NCBI RefSeq assembly: GCF_009827135.1
Contig: NZ_CP046534.1
Location: forward strand, 120,001-152,000
Reading direction: 5' to 3'
Length of the DNA: 32,000 bases
DNA from: Blochmannia endosymbiont of Camponotus nipponensis
Lineage (GTDB): Bacteria > Pseudomonadota > Gammaproteobacteria > Enterobacterales > Enterobacteriaceae
The notes under the pieces are model-generated. The model saw only the letters and a list, made by a program, of their open reading frames with translations, was not told the DNA's origin and ran no database searches. The position numbers and the translations under genes were made by a program. Positions 1 through 9,940 of the stretch are shown piece after piece (positions within the stretch are counted from its first letter, which is position 1; every line of letters starts with the position of its first letter).

Positions 1-429
1 CAAGAAGATTGTCAAGCTTTTTTAACTCACCGTGTTCATCAATATCCCAAGAAAAAACCTCAAAAAAAATTAATTAAAAAAACTATCTGGTTATTAGTAC
101 TGTTATTACAACAGTACCAAACAAAAAAAATATGGCTTGAGAAACGATCATATCAGGGAATATGGGGGGGATTATTTTGTTTTCCTGAATTTCCCAGCCC
201 TAATATGCTAAATATATGGCTATCAAAGCATAATCTTCATAATAATCCACATACATACTTACCCAGTTTAAAACATAAATTAAGCAATATTGACTTAGAA
301 ATTAAACCAATATTACTGAATTTATGCAAAAAATTAAATTATACAAAAAATGGGATTTGGTATAATTTGTCAAATCCTCCAATTATTGGATTACCTAAAC
401 CAATTTCTGTAATGCTACAGAAATTATAG
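1..429 (+). CDS. mutY: A/G-specific adenine DNA glycosylase MutY, C-terminal part (5-prime end lies outside the window)
   Basis: Frame 1 is open from base 1 to the TAG at 427-429. GIWGGLFCFPEF and GIWYNLSNPPIIGLPKPISVMLQKL align with the E. coli MutY C-terminus (GLWGGLYCFPQF; ALWYNLAQPPSVGLAAPVERLLQQL). It is followed by yggX, as in E. coli. Confidence 0.85.
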   Translation, partial: QEDCQAFLTHRVHQYPKKKPQKKLIKKTIWLLVLLLQQYQTKKIWLEKRSYQGIWGGLFCFPEFPSPNMLNIWLSKHNLHNNPHTYLPSLKHKLSNIDLEIKPILLNLCKKLNYTKNGIWYNLSNPPIIGLPKPISVMLQKL

Positions 430-498
430 TTGTAATATAAAAATGTTAAAAATTTAAACCTCTACCAAAATACTGATTCTAATGAGAGATTTCTAATA

Positions 499-753
499 AT
501 GTCTAAAATAATTTATTGTGTCTTTTTAAAAAAAAAATCTGAAGGATTAGATGCTCCATGTTATCCAGGAGCACTAGGAAAATACATTTATGAACATATT
601 TCTAAAACTGCATGGATGCAATGGCAAAATAAACAAACTATTTTAATAAATGAAAATAAACTGAACATGATGAATATTACAGATCGCATGATGCTGGAAA
701 AAGAAATGAAAACTTTTCTATTTGGAGAAAATTTTTCAATAAAAAGTAAGTAA
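499..753 (+). CDS. yggX: Fe(2+)-trafficking / oxidative-damage protection protein YggX
   Basis: ATG at 499. The 84-aa product aligns along its length with E. coli YggX ([46 protein letters not shown] versus [46 protein letters not shown]). mutY-yggX synteny is kept. Confidence 0.9.
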   Translation: MSKIIYCVFLKKKSEGLDAPCYPGALGKYIYEHISKTAWMQWQNKQTILINENKLNMMNITDRMMLEKEMKTFLFGENFSIKSK

Positions 754-983
754 TGAATGACTACAACGCTCCTATATTAATTACACATGGTTATTAACTA
801 ACTAAGGCACAACTACATACACAATAATTATAAATCAACAACCAATATTTTCACGTAAGCTTCTCCAAATGTTAAATTCACCACAATACGATTATTATAA
901 TCATGACTGTATTTATTCACAATTTATAATAATATCATGTGTCACAATCGTTAATGCTGATATTTATCAAAAGTAGTGCATTT

Positions 984-2264
984 TTAAGATTGAGCTAATT
1001 TATTTTTACTATATATTAACAGTGGTTTTGAGTGTCCAAAAATTACTGATTCGTCAATTATTACTTTATCTATATTATTTCTAGAAGGTAATTCATACAT
1101 TGTATCTAATAATATATCTTCTAAAATAGCCCTAAGTCCACGAGCTCCAATTTTTCTTTTCATAGCATTTTTAGCGATAGCAATTAATGATGTTTCAGAG
1201 AATTCTAATTCTATTCCATCTATATGAAATAGTATTTGATATTGTTTCATTAAAGCATTCTTTGGTTCTTTTAATATTTTAATTAATTCTTCTTCTCCCA
1301 ATTCATCAAGAACAGTAATTACTGGAAGTCGGCCAACAAATTCTGGAATCAAACCAAATTTAATTAAATCTTCTGGCTCAATTTGAGTTAATAATGAACA
1401 TTCAGTATTTTTTTTCACGTCGTTGTCTTCTAAAACTCGAAATCCAATTGCACGTTTATTAACAGTACGCTGTTGAACAATTTTATTCAAACCAAAAAAA
1501 GCACCTCCACAAATAAAAAGAATATTAGTAGTATCCACTTGTATAAATTCTTGCTGTGGATGTTTACGACCTCCTTGTGGTGGTACTGCAGCTGTAGTGC
1601 CTTCAATCAACTTTAACAAAGCTTGTTGAACCCCTTCTCCAGAAACATCCCGAGTAATAGAAGGGTTTTCTGATTTTCTAGAAATTTTATCTATTTCATC
1701 TATATAAATAATGCCTCGTTGTGCTTGACTCACATCATAATTACACCGCTGTAATAATTTCTGTATAACATTTTCTACATCCTCTCCTACATATCCCGCT
1801 TCTGTTAGAGTGGTTGCATCTGATATAGCAAATGGTACATTAAGGAAACTAGCCAATGTTTCTGCTAATAACGTTTTACCACTTCCTGCGGGACCAATCA
1901 ATAAAATATTGCTTTTGAATAATTTTATATTATTACCATTGTTATTTATGTACATCTCTGTATTACGTAAACGCTTGTAATGATTATATACTGCTACTGA
2001 AAGTATTTTTTTAGCACGTTCTTGTCCAATCACATAATCATCCAAATGACTCTTAATTTCATAGGGTGTAGGAAATTTAACCAATTTTTCGTTAACTATT
2101 TTATCCTTCAGCTCTTGATTAATTATATCCCTACATAAACCAACACATGTATCACAAATATGCGCTGATAATCCAGCAATTAATTTTAATACCTGCTTTT
2201 GGTCTTTTCCACAAAACGAACAATACAACGTATTTTTTGAATAATCTTGATGGTTATCGCTCAC
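984..2264 (-). CDS. clpX: ATP-dependent Clp protease ATP-binding subunit ClpX
   Basis: 426 aa. N-terminal zinc-binding CSFCGK...CDTC, Walker A GPAGSGKT, and similarity to E. coli ClpX along the whole length. The start is GTG at 2264, with AAGGA 8 nt upstream. Confidence 0.97.
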   Translation of the reverse strand: MSDNHQDYSKNTLYCSFCGKDQKQVLKLIAGLSAHICDTCVGLCRDIINQELKDKIVNEKLVKFPTPYEIKSHLDDYVIGQERAKKILSVAVYNHYKRLRNTEMYINNNGNNIKLFKSNILLIGPAGSGKTLLAETLASFLNVPFAISDATTLTEAGYVGEDVENVIQKLLQRCNYDVSQAQRGIIYIDEIDKISRKSENPSITRDVSGEGVQQALLKLIEGTTAAVPPQGGRKHPQQEFIQVDTTNILFICGGAFFGLNKIVQQRTVNKRAIGFRVLEDNDVKKNTECSLLTQIEPEDLIKFGLIPEFVGRLPVITVLDELGEEELIKILKEPKNALMKQYQILFHIDGIELEFSETSLIAIAKNAMKRKIGARGLRAILEDILLDTMYELPSRNNIDKVIIDESVIFGHSKPLLIYSKNKLAQS

Positions 2265-2407
2265 AATCTAATTCCTTCCCTTTTAGGCTCAAACCAATAT
2301 AAAATGAGCTATAAACTGTCTAAGAAATGAATCACAAATTCAGATACTACATGGCCGTATAAACAAAGATTATAATTATAAAACACGAAACAATCAGAAA
2401 TTTAAAT

Positions 2408-3034
2408 TTATTCTCGTTGAGACAAAACATGATCCACCAATCCATACTTCATAGCTTCATTGGCAGATAGAAAACAATCTCGTTCTGTATCCTTACTAAT
2501 TACATCGATAGACTGACCTGTATGTTTAGCCATCAGTTCATTTATATTATTTTTAATTTTTAGTATTTCTCTGGTATGAATGGCAATATCAGTGGCTTGT
2601 CCTTGAAAAGACCCTAATGGCTGATGAATCATAATTCGAGCATTTGGCAAACAAAATCGTTTCCCTTTAGCACCGGAGGCTAATAAAAACGCACTCATCG
2701 ATGCAGCTTGTCCCATGCAAAATGTACTAATATCAGGTTTTACAAACTGCATGGTATCATATATAGACATTCCCGCTGTTATTAATCCTCCCGGAGAATT
2801 AATATATAAATGAATATCTTTTTCTGCATTTTCTGATTCCAAGAACATTATCTGAGCAACAATCACATTAGCTACGCTATCTTCAATTGTTCCTGTCATA
2901 AAAATAATTCTTTCTTTTAATAGTAAAGAAAATATATCATATATACGATCTCCGCGAATAGTTTGTTCTATTACTGTTGGAACTACTACCATACGACGAC
3001 AATAAGACGATTTAAAATTATTCGAACATTGCAT
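2408..3034 (-). CDS. clpP: ATP-dependent Clp protease proteolytic subunit ClpP
   Basis: 208 aa, collinear with E. coli ClpP including a 14-aa propeptide equivalent. Catalytic contexts GQAASMSAF (Ser), MIHQP (His) and DTERD (Asp) are present. An alternative internal start is Met15 at 2992. Confidence 0.95.
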   Translation of the reverse strand: MQCSNNFKSSYCRRMVVVPTVIEQTIRGDRIYDIFSLLLKERIIFMTGTIEDSVANVIVAQIMFLESENAEKDIHLYINSPGGLITAGMSIYDTMQFVKPDISTFCMGQAASMSAFLLASGAKGKRFCLPNARIMIHQPLGSFQGQATDIAIHTREILKIKNNINELMAKHTGQSIDVISKDTERDCFLSANEAMKYGLVDHVLSQRE

Positions 3035-3048
3035 GGCATATACCCTAT

Positions 3049-3055
3049 CCTCCTT
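3049..3055 (-). promoter_or_regulatory. Strong Shine-Dalgarno (AAGGAGG) upstream of clpP
   Basis: The minus strand reads TAGTAAAGGAGGATAGGGTATATGCCATGCAA. GGAGG lies 14 nt from the clpP ATG (3034) but only 9 nt from an out-of-frame ATG (3039). Confidence 0.5.
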
Positions 3056-3440
3056 TACTACGTTTCTGTTACATAGAAATAATATTAAAACATTGATATA
3101 ATATAATTAATGAAAAACTTCAAACTAAATTTAATCATTATATTTTATGTTAAAATAATTATTAATAGTTATTATTTATAACGATTTACCATTAATTAAA
3201 TATCTACAGTCATAATAAAGAATAAAGAAGCGTGTATATATTTATACACTATATTATATATTTTACTTATACTCATCATGCTGTGTATATAAATTTACCA
3301 TCACATGTCATTCATAGAATAAAAAACATGCAACCTGATAACAACCGATTATTTTTGCATGATAAATCAACTAAAATGAAAAACTCCATCACTTTATATA
3401 ACATGCTTTATAATATAATATTTTCAAATAATCAACTAAT

Positions 3441-4638
3441 TTAATAATAATGTATTAATTTATTAATTATAGTCTCTTTTCAATAATTTTTACTTAATCC
3501 AAAATAAAATGAATTACTATTTCTGATAAAAGAGAACCATAAACATATCTTACCACTATCGTATTGTTTCTAAAGAAACGAACTATTTTTAAAAAACCAA
3601 ATATATTTAATTTATTATTAATCACTTGTAGAATAGAAAGATAATCAGAATCTATTTTTTTTAATAACTTCACTGAATAGAGAACAATTTTTATACAAAA
3701 TTTAAATTAAACTTCAAATTTAAATTTTTTTAAAATAAAATATGTAATGATTTTTATTTTAAATGTTTACCTAAATTACATGTTTTTTGACTTGTCACTG
3801 AATACTACTGAGTTCATTTTCTATTAACATAGAAAAACATAATGCCATTAACACGCAATATACTGCTTATTATGTGATCTTTTATTTTATTTTTAATGTT
3901 TTTATCTGAATTGTATTTGATATATTCACTAAATTTTAGTTAATACATTTGTATTTAATTATATTGTTATATAACTTGGAATTTTAAAGATACTGCTAAT
4001 TTAGTTGTAAAAAATTTGGGCTTTCCACTTTTTTAAAATATTGAAAATAACACATATTTCCTTTAAATCTTCTACATGATAAACATGTAGAAGATTTATT
4101 TCCCTAGTAAAACAATCGCCTACATTACGATTAAACACCTTTTCTTCTAAATTTAATAAAAAAATAATTATTTATATACCTGTCTTCATAACAACATCCC
4201 CAAAGATCGTTATCAACTACAGTTTTATTATAAGATACCATGATAATATTAAAAGGAAAACTATCCCCAATACCAATTTTCTTATTACTAAGTTACCAAT
4301 GTAACTTGCGTATTTTTATATATTTTTTAAAACCATATTAATATCATTTTTACACAATTTCCATCACTAACCATTTTCGATTTAGATACCACTCAATCCT
4401 TTCAACTCTATATCCAAGTATATTTTTACTGTGATTATTATATATAATTTTCACCATTATTATAAAAATATATAATATCGTACCTTTCCAATACAACATC
4501 CATAGATGTATATAATTCTAAATAAAGATGTGTCAGTGTATTATGATACACTGTATTATCAACACAACAAGATAAATCAACAGCAACACTACCTCCTCCA
4601 TCCCCTGTAGTATTTTCAAGAATTATATACACATACAT
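3441..4638 (-). pseudogene. tig: Decayed trigger factor gene (tig fossil), near full length, with frameshifts and many in-frame stops
   Basis: Seven collinear eye-alignments to E. coli Tig. LENTTGDG~VETTQGLG (4597-4620). MDVVLERYD~MNIVAQRYG (4477-4503). KIYLDIELKGLSGI~EVYPEVELQGLEAI (4385-4426). FKGNMCYFQYFKKVES~LKGKAAKFAINLKKVEE (4020-4067). MLIENELSSI~ALIDSEIDVL (3801-3830). LFSEVIK~LLGEVIR (3660-3682). KNY*KETIINKLI~KVTEKETTFNELM (3453-3493). The terminal stop is at 3441-3443. Strand and position (upstream of clpP) match E. coli tig-clpP-clpX. Confidence 0.75.
4064..4098. repeat. Perfect 15-bp inverted repeat (hairpin) with a 5-nt loop, inside the tig fossil
   Basis: TAAATCTTCTACATG (4064-4078), ATAAA, CATGTAGAAGATTTA (4084-4098). 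The arms are exact reverse complements. No T-run follows on either strand. Confidence 0.85.
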
Positions 4639-5013
4639 ATAATTTATCCCTTTTAATATTATAGATTGAATGCAACAATAAAAAATAATAGATTATGTAG
4701 TATTACATAATACATATAATAAGTTGATATTGCATATCATGCATGTATGATATCTGATAAAAATTACCATACCTGAATGATATTCTTTTAAAAATTTATT
4801 AATTCATCGCGTTTTTAAAAACATCGTAAATATTGATATTATGATACTTTTATTAATCAAATAACTTTTAAACAATAAATTAGTTAATTTATTTTAAATG
4901 AATTAACAACAATATTAGAATCAATTATATCTTTTCAAAATAAATATTTTAAGCAAGTTATTGCAATAACTAAGCATTTAGTTTTCCTCTATATTTTAAA
5001 ATAAAATTAATTA

Positions 5014-5139
5014 TTATATGAATGTACTTTGATTATACTCGATACTTATTAAGGCATGACAATGGATAAAACATTTTCAGATATATATTAACCTATTTAC
5101 ATTAATGAAAGTTTACGGTAGGATGTTCAATGTGAAAAT
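5014..5139 (-). pseudogene. bolA: Possible 3-prime fragment of a decayed bolA gene
   Basis: One minus-strand frame reads IFTLNILP*TFINVNRLIYI*KCFIHCHALISIEYNQSTFI*. It can be aligned to E. coli BolA residues 38-81 (HFKVVLVSDRF..LNRHRMIY..VHALALHTYT). Anchors are F-x8-F, NR..(M/L)IY and HAL. The position upstream of the tig fossil on the same strand and the spacing (about 375 bp) resemble E. coli bolA-tig. The match is short and has gaps. Confidence 0.35.
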
Positions 5140-5174
5140 TTAAAATATATACGCTCATATTAAAATTTATTTGG

Positions 5175-6059
5175 ATGAAATGTAAAGTATACAAATATAA
5201 AAAAATATGTATTTCATTATTACTGTATAGTTTAATAACAATGCTAAATGGATGCAGCGATTTAGTGTTATTACATCCTAAAGGACAAATTGGGATAGAA
5301 GAACGTTCACTGATATTAACCGCATTCGGTTTAATGCTTAGTATAATTATCCCAGTAATTATGATGACCATCTTTTTTACTATAAAATACAGAGCATCCA
5401 ACTGTAAACATATACAATACGATCCTAATTGGGTGAATTCTAAAAAAATAGAATTTGTAGTATGGTCCGTACCCATTTTAATTATTATTTTCCTAGGAAT
5501 ATTAACTTGGCACTCTACCCACAAATTAGATCCTAAGAACCCCATTGTATCTGATGATGTGCAACCAATAATTATTAATGTTATATCATTAGATTGGAAA
5601 TGGCTTTTTATTTATCCAAAACAAAATATAGCAACTATTAATGAACTTGTTTTTCCAATGTGTGTACCAATAAAATTTAACGTCACTTCTAACTCAGTAA
5701 TGAATTCTTTTTTTATTCCTCAATTAGGAGGTCAAATTTATGCGATGGCTGGAATGCGTACAGAACTATATTTAATAGCTAACACAGCAGGCCAATATAA
5801 AGGTGTTTCGTCAAATTTTAGTGGACAGGGATTCTCTGGTATGAAATTTACTGTTCTTGCTACACAAACTAAAAAAGAATTTGAACAATGGATACAAAAG
5901 GTTCAAAAATCATCTTTTCATATTAACAATATGTCAATCTATGAAGAATTAGCTCAACCCACTGAATATCATCCGGTAATCTATTTTTCCCATGTACAAC
6001 CTAACTTGTTCTATAATGTAATAAATAAATTTACACACCAAAAGAAAGAGAATTTTTAA
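5175..6059 (+). CDS. cyoA: Cytochrome bo3 ubiquinol oxidase subunit II
   Basis: 294 aa. Lipoprotein-type signal with the LNGC lipobox, then [24 protein letters not shown] (E. coli [24 protein letters not shown]). Collinear with CyoA. It lacks the roughly 20-aa C-terminal tail of the E. coli protein. Confidence 0.95.
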   Translation: [294 protein letters not shown]

Positions 6060-6136
6060 GTACAATTTAATAGTTCTTCAGTATAAACGTGATATATTTT
6101 CAAGCGATATTATAAATATATAAGGATAATAAGATA

Positions 6137-8098
6137 ATGTTTGGGAAATTAACAACACATTCTATTCCATATGAAGATCCAGTTATTATGTCAACAATCA
6201 TCGTAGTTATTGCTATTGGAGCAATTCTTAGTGGCACCATCACATATTACAATAAATGGAAATATCTTTGGAACGAATGGTTTACTTCTGTAGATCATAA
6301 AAAAATTGGAATCATGTATATTATAGTCGCATGTATTATGTTTTTACGTGGATTTGCTGATGCAATTATGATGAGAACGCAGCAAGCTTTATCTTCTTCT
6401 GGATCATATGAATTTCTTTCAGCTCACCATTATAACCAAGTAATCACTGCTCATGGCGTTATCATGATTATATTCATGGCGACCCCGTTCGTAATAGGAC
6501 TAATAAATTTAGTAGTTCCATTGCAAATTGGAGCACGAGATGTAGCTTTTCCTTTCTTAAACTCTTTAAGTTTTTGGTTGTTTATGGTAGGTGTAATCTT
6601 AATAAATCTTTCTTTAGGAATAGGAGAATTTGCACAAACAGGATGGGCAGGTTATCCGCCATTATCAAATAAAGAATACAGTCCTGGTGTTGGCGTTGAT
6701 TATTGGATATGGAGTATACAAATTTCAGGAATAGGAACAACTTTAACTGGTATAAATTTTTTTACTACAATTTTATATATGCGAGCTCCAGGATTATCAA
6801 TGATGAAAATGCCAGTTTTTACTTGGACCGCTCTATGTACAAATACATTAATCATCACAGCATTTCCAATCTTAACTGTTACTATTGCTCTATTAACCTT
6901 AGATCGTTATTTAGGAACCCATTTTTTTAGTAATGATTTGGGTGGAAATATGATGATGTATATTAATTTATTTTGGGCTTGGGGACATCCAGAAGTATAT
7001 ATTTTAATATTACCTGCTTTTGGTGTATTCTCAGAAGTTGTTTCTACTTTTTCACAGAAAAAACTATTTGGATATACATCTTTAATATGGGCCACCATCG
7101 CCATCACCGTATTATCTTTTTGCGTATGGTTGCATCATTTTTTTACTATGGGAGCAGGAGCTAACGTTAATTCATTTTTTGGTATCATGACCATGGTGAT
7201 AGCCATTCCAACTGGAGTAAAAATTTTCAATTGGTTATTTACCATGTATCGAGGAAAAATTATTTTCACTTCCCCAATGTTATGGACTATTGGATTTATT
7301 ATCACATTTTCCATAGGAGGGATGACCGGAGTATTATTATCTGTGCCTGGAGCTGATTTCGTATTACATAACAGTTTATTTTTAATTGCTCATTTCCATA
7401 ATGTTATTATTGGAGGCGTATTATTTGGTTGTTTTGCTGGAGCCACTTATTGGTTCCCTAAAGCCTTTGGTTATATTTTAAATGAACAATGGGGCAAGAG
7501 AGCTTTTTGGTTTTGGATTATTGGATTTTATGTAGCATTTATGCCATTATATATTTTAGGATTCATGGGAATGACTCGTCGCTTAAGTCAACATATTGAC
7601 CCAATATTTTCATCGATGTTAATAACAGCATCAATAGGTACTATATTAATAGGATTAGGTATTGTATGTCAGTGTATCCAAATAGTAGTCAGTATTATAC
7701 ATAGGGATAAACACAAAGATTTAAACGGAAATCCATGGAATGGATCTACTTTAGAGTGGGCTGTTTTTTCTCCTCCACCATTTTATAATTTTGCAATTAT
7801 CCCTGTCATAAATGATGATCGTGATGTTTTTTGGTATGTACAAAACAATAGAAATATCTACTCTTGTCCCGATCACTTTACACCTATACATATGCCAAAA
7901 AATACTTATTCTGGAATTTTAATATCTTTTTTCAGTTTAATATTTGGATTTAGTATAATTTGGTATATATGGTGGCTCGTTGTTTTCAGTATATTTGGAA
8001 TAATTACAACTTGGATCATTCACACATTTAACAATGACACAGAATATTACGTATCAGTAGAAAAAATTAAAGAAATTGAATATGTCAACAATATATAA
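6137..8098 (+). CDS. cyoB: Cytochrome bo3 ubiquinol oxidase subunit I
   Basis: 653 aa polytopic heme-copper oxidase subunit I. Motifs [14 protein letters not shown] and HHFFTMG are present. AAGGA lies 10 nt upstream of the ATG at 6137. Confidence 0.97.
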   Translation: MFGKLTTHSIPYEDPVIMSTIIVVIAIGAILSGTITYYNKWKYLWNEWFTSVDHKKIGIMYIIVACIMFLRGFADAIMMRTQQALSSSGSYEFLSAHHYNQVITAHGVIMIIFMATPFVIGLINLVVPLQIGARDVAFPFLNSLSFWLFMVGVILINLSLGIGEFAQTGWAGYPPLSNKEYSPGVGVDYWIWSIQISGIGTTLTGINFFTTILYMRAPGLSMMKMPVFTWTALCTNTLIITAFPILTVTIALLTLDRYLGTHFFSNDLGGNMMMYINLFWAWGHPEVYILILPAFGVFSEVVSTFSQKKLFGYTSLIWATIAITVLSFCVWLHHFFTMGAGANVNSFFGIMTMVIAIPTGVKIFNWLFTMYRGKIIFTSPMLWTIGFIITFSIGGMTGVLLSVPGADFVLHNSLFLIAHFHNVIIGGVLFGCFAGATYWFPKAFGYILNEQWGKRAFWFWIIGFYVAFMPLYILGFMGMTRRLSQHIDPIFSSMLITASIGTILIGLGIVCQCIQIVVSIIHRDKHKDLNGNPWNGSTLEWAVFSPPPFYNFAIIPVINDDRDVFWYVQNNRNIYSCPDHFTPIHMPKNTYSGILISFFSLIFGFSIIWYIWWLVVFSIFGIITTWIIHTFNNDTEYYVSVEKIKEIEYVNNI

Positions 8099-8663
8099 AC
8101 ACAATAATCCAAATACAAAAATAATATTTGGTTTTTGGTTATACATAATGAGTGATTGCATTTTATTTGCAAGTTTATTTGCAGTATACTCAGTATTGCA
8201 TAATAATACAGCAGATTTTTCTTCTGGTAAAGACATCTTTGAGTTACCTTTTGTGTTTTTAGAAACTTGTTGTTTATTATTAAGCAGCCTCACCTATGGT
8301 AAGGTTATGATATATGCAAAAAAATCATATACAAAACAAGTAAATATTTGGATGGGGATAACTTTTTTATTAGGTCTATGTTTTATCAATATAGAAATGC
8401 ATGAATTTTATCATTTAATTAAATCAGGAAATAATCCATGCCAAAGCGCTTTTCTTTCTTCTTTTTTCACTTTAGTAGGCACTCATGGTTTACATGTAAT
8501 AGCGGGGCTTATTTGGATTGTAGTAATGATAATTCATATTCTGTATCAAGGATTAACACACGTTAACTACATACGATTGCAATGCTTGAGCTTATTTTGG
8601 CATTTTCTTGACATTATATGGATATGTGTATTTACTGAAGTATATCTATTAGGAGTACTATGA
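8082..8663 (+). CDS. cyoC: Cytochrome bo3 ubiquinol oxidase subunit III
   Basis: Aligns with E. coli CyoC ([20 protein letters not shown] versus [20 protein letters not shown]; [17 protein letters not shown] versus [17 protein letters not shown]). The ORF-track start at 8076 is TTG, so I prefer the ATG at 8082. Either start overlaps the cyoB 3-prime end (stop at 8096-8098). Confidence 0.9.
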   Translation: MSTIYKHNNPNTKIIFGFWLYIMSDCILFASLFAVYSVLHNNTADFSSGKDIFELPFVFLETCCLLLSSLTYGKVMIYAKKSYTKQVNIWMGITFLLGLCFINIEMHEFYHLIKSGNNPCQSAFLSSFFTLVGTHGLHVIAGLIWIVVMIIHILYQGLTHVNYIRLQCLSLFWHFLDIIWICVFTEVYLLGVL

Positions 8664-8666
8664 TTC

Positions 8667-8972
8667 ATGAAGAATAACTATTATATACACAAGTCATATT
8701 TAATTGGATTTATATTATCTGTAATATTAACGATTATTCCGTTTTTTATGCTAATAGATAGCACAATAAATAAAAATTTATTAAAATATATTATAATATT
8801 CTGCTCAATAACTCAAGTTTTTGTTCATTTGATTTTCTTTTTACATTTGGAAAATACACCACATCAAACATGGAATTTAATATCTTTAATATTTACAGTA
8901 TTTATTGTTTTTATTCTTGTATTAGGCAGTATATGGATTATGACACATTTACATCATAATTTGATGATTTAA
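8667..8972 (+). CDS. cyoD: Cytochrome bo3 ubiquinol oxidase subunit IV
   Basis: 101 aa with 3 predicted TM segments. SYLIGFILSVILTIIPF and LGSIWIMTHLHHNLM match E. coli CyoD (TYMTGFILSIILTVIPF; VGSIWIMWNLNYNMM). AGGAG lies 11 nt upstream. Confidence 0.9.
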   Translation: MKNNYYIHKSYLIGFILSVILTIIPFFMLIDSTINKNLLKYIIIFCSITQVFVHLIFFLHLENTPHQTWNLISLIFTVFIVFILVLGSIWIMTHLHHNLMI

Positions 8973-8992
8973 ATAAAAAACAATTTATTACC

Positions 8993-9892
8993 ATGATAAA
9001 ATATTTTTACCTAATAAAACCAGGAATTGTTATAGGCAATTTAATGTCAGTTATAGGAGGATTTTTAATAGCATCTCGAGATGATATATATTATCCTTCA
9101 CTTATCAACATGGCCATAGGGATATCATTAGTTATGGCTGCTAGCTGTGTGTTAAATAATATTATCGATCGAGATATTGACACAGTCATGGAAAGAACTA
9201 AAAACAGAGTGTTGGTAAAACACAGTAAATCCTTTCTCACGCAAAGTATATTATATGCAATAACTTTAAGTTTATTTGGATTTTTATTTTTAAGTTTCAC
9301 TAAAAATTATTTAATAATATATTTGACAATAATAGGTTTCATTACATACATCGGTATATATAGTGCATGGATGAAACGTAGATCTATCTATAGTATAATA
9401 ATTGGAAGTATATCAGGAGCAATGCCACCAGTAATTGGATACTGTACTGTTACACACAGATTTGATGTAGGAGCTTTTATATTATTAATAATTTTTGTTC
9501 TGTGGCAAATCCCACATTCTTATTCCATCGCTATCTTACGATCACAAGATTACAAAGCAGCTCTGATTCCAACTTTTCCTATCAAAAAAGGAATAAAGGT
9601 AACTAAGAATCACATGATTCTTTATATTATTGGGTTTATCATTGCAACTACATTATTTACTACCATGGGATATGCTAGCTATGTATTTTTAATAATAATT
9701 AGCACTATGAACTTATGGTGGTTATGCATGGGATTCTACGGTTGTGTAAAAACTAATAATGATAGTATATGGGCAAAAAAAATGTTTTTATTATCTATTA
9801 TAATTGTAGTATTGTTAAATTTACTTTTATCTTTAGATTATACTTTATCTGCAAGTATAAATGCTTATCATTATAAATACACCACATCTTAA
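8993..9892 (+). CDS. cyoE: Protoheme IX farnesyltransferase (heme O synthase)
   Basis: 299 aa. Matches E. coli CyoE: KPGIVIGNLMSVIGGFL, NNIIDRDIDTVMERTKNRVLV, GAMPPVIGYC, WQIPHSYSIAI. Confidence 0.93.
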   Translation: MIKYFYLIKPGIVIGNLMSVIGGFLIASRDDIYYPSLINMAIGISLVMAASCVLNNIIDRDIDTVMERTKNRVLVKHSKSFLTQSILYAITLSLFGFLFLSFTKNYLIIYLTIIGFITYIGIYSAWMKRRSIYSIIIGSISGAMPPVIGYCTVTHRFDVGAFILLIIFVLWQIPHSYSIAILRSQDYKAALIPTFPIKKGIKVTKNHMILYIIGFIIATTLFTTMGYASYVFLIIISTMNLWWLCMGFYGCVKTNNDSIWAKKMFLLSIIIVVLLNLLLSLDYTLSASINAYHYKYTTS

Positions 9893-9940
9893 ATATTGTC
9901 AAATTTTCAATTAATAATAACATGATGCTTTAATATCTAT

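Noticed and set aside
3232-3444. 70-aa plus-strand ORF (GTG start) in the clpP-upstream region, and the 62-aa ORF at 12859-13047(-).
   Set aside because: No RBS, extreme composition and no family resemblance. They lie in the tig-clpP and thiI-ispA spacers and are best explained as chance ORFs.
4533-4589. GGAGGAGG followed by an 18-codon hydrophobic ORF (V/MLLLIYLVVLIIQCIIIH) that ends in an 8-bp hairpin (CAGTGTAT-TATG-ATACACTG, 4534-4553). It resembles a branched-chain amino acid leader peptide/attenuator or a type I toxin.
   Set aside because: It lies inside the N-terminal part of the tig fossil in another frame. The SD-like string is just the Gly-rich codons (GDGGG) of the relic. No downstream gene exists to be attenuated, and Ile/Leu-rich peptides arise by chance at this composition.
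5102-5545. ORF-track entries that lie antisense to, or out of frame within, well-supported genes: 5102-5545(-), 6703-6930(+), 6907-7107(-), 6973-7164(+), 8054-8293(-), 9091-9300(-), 10847-11029(-), 15304-15498(-), 17729-18010(+), 20259-20456(-), 20375-20746(+), 30303-30515(+), 30782-30967(-), 26983-27183(+), 25916-26113(-).
   Set aside because: Each overlaps a CDS (or the tRNA) that has strong homology support. Their translations are low-complexity or hydrophobic with no recognisable family. Such shadow ORFs are expected in AT-rich DNA.
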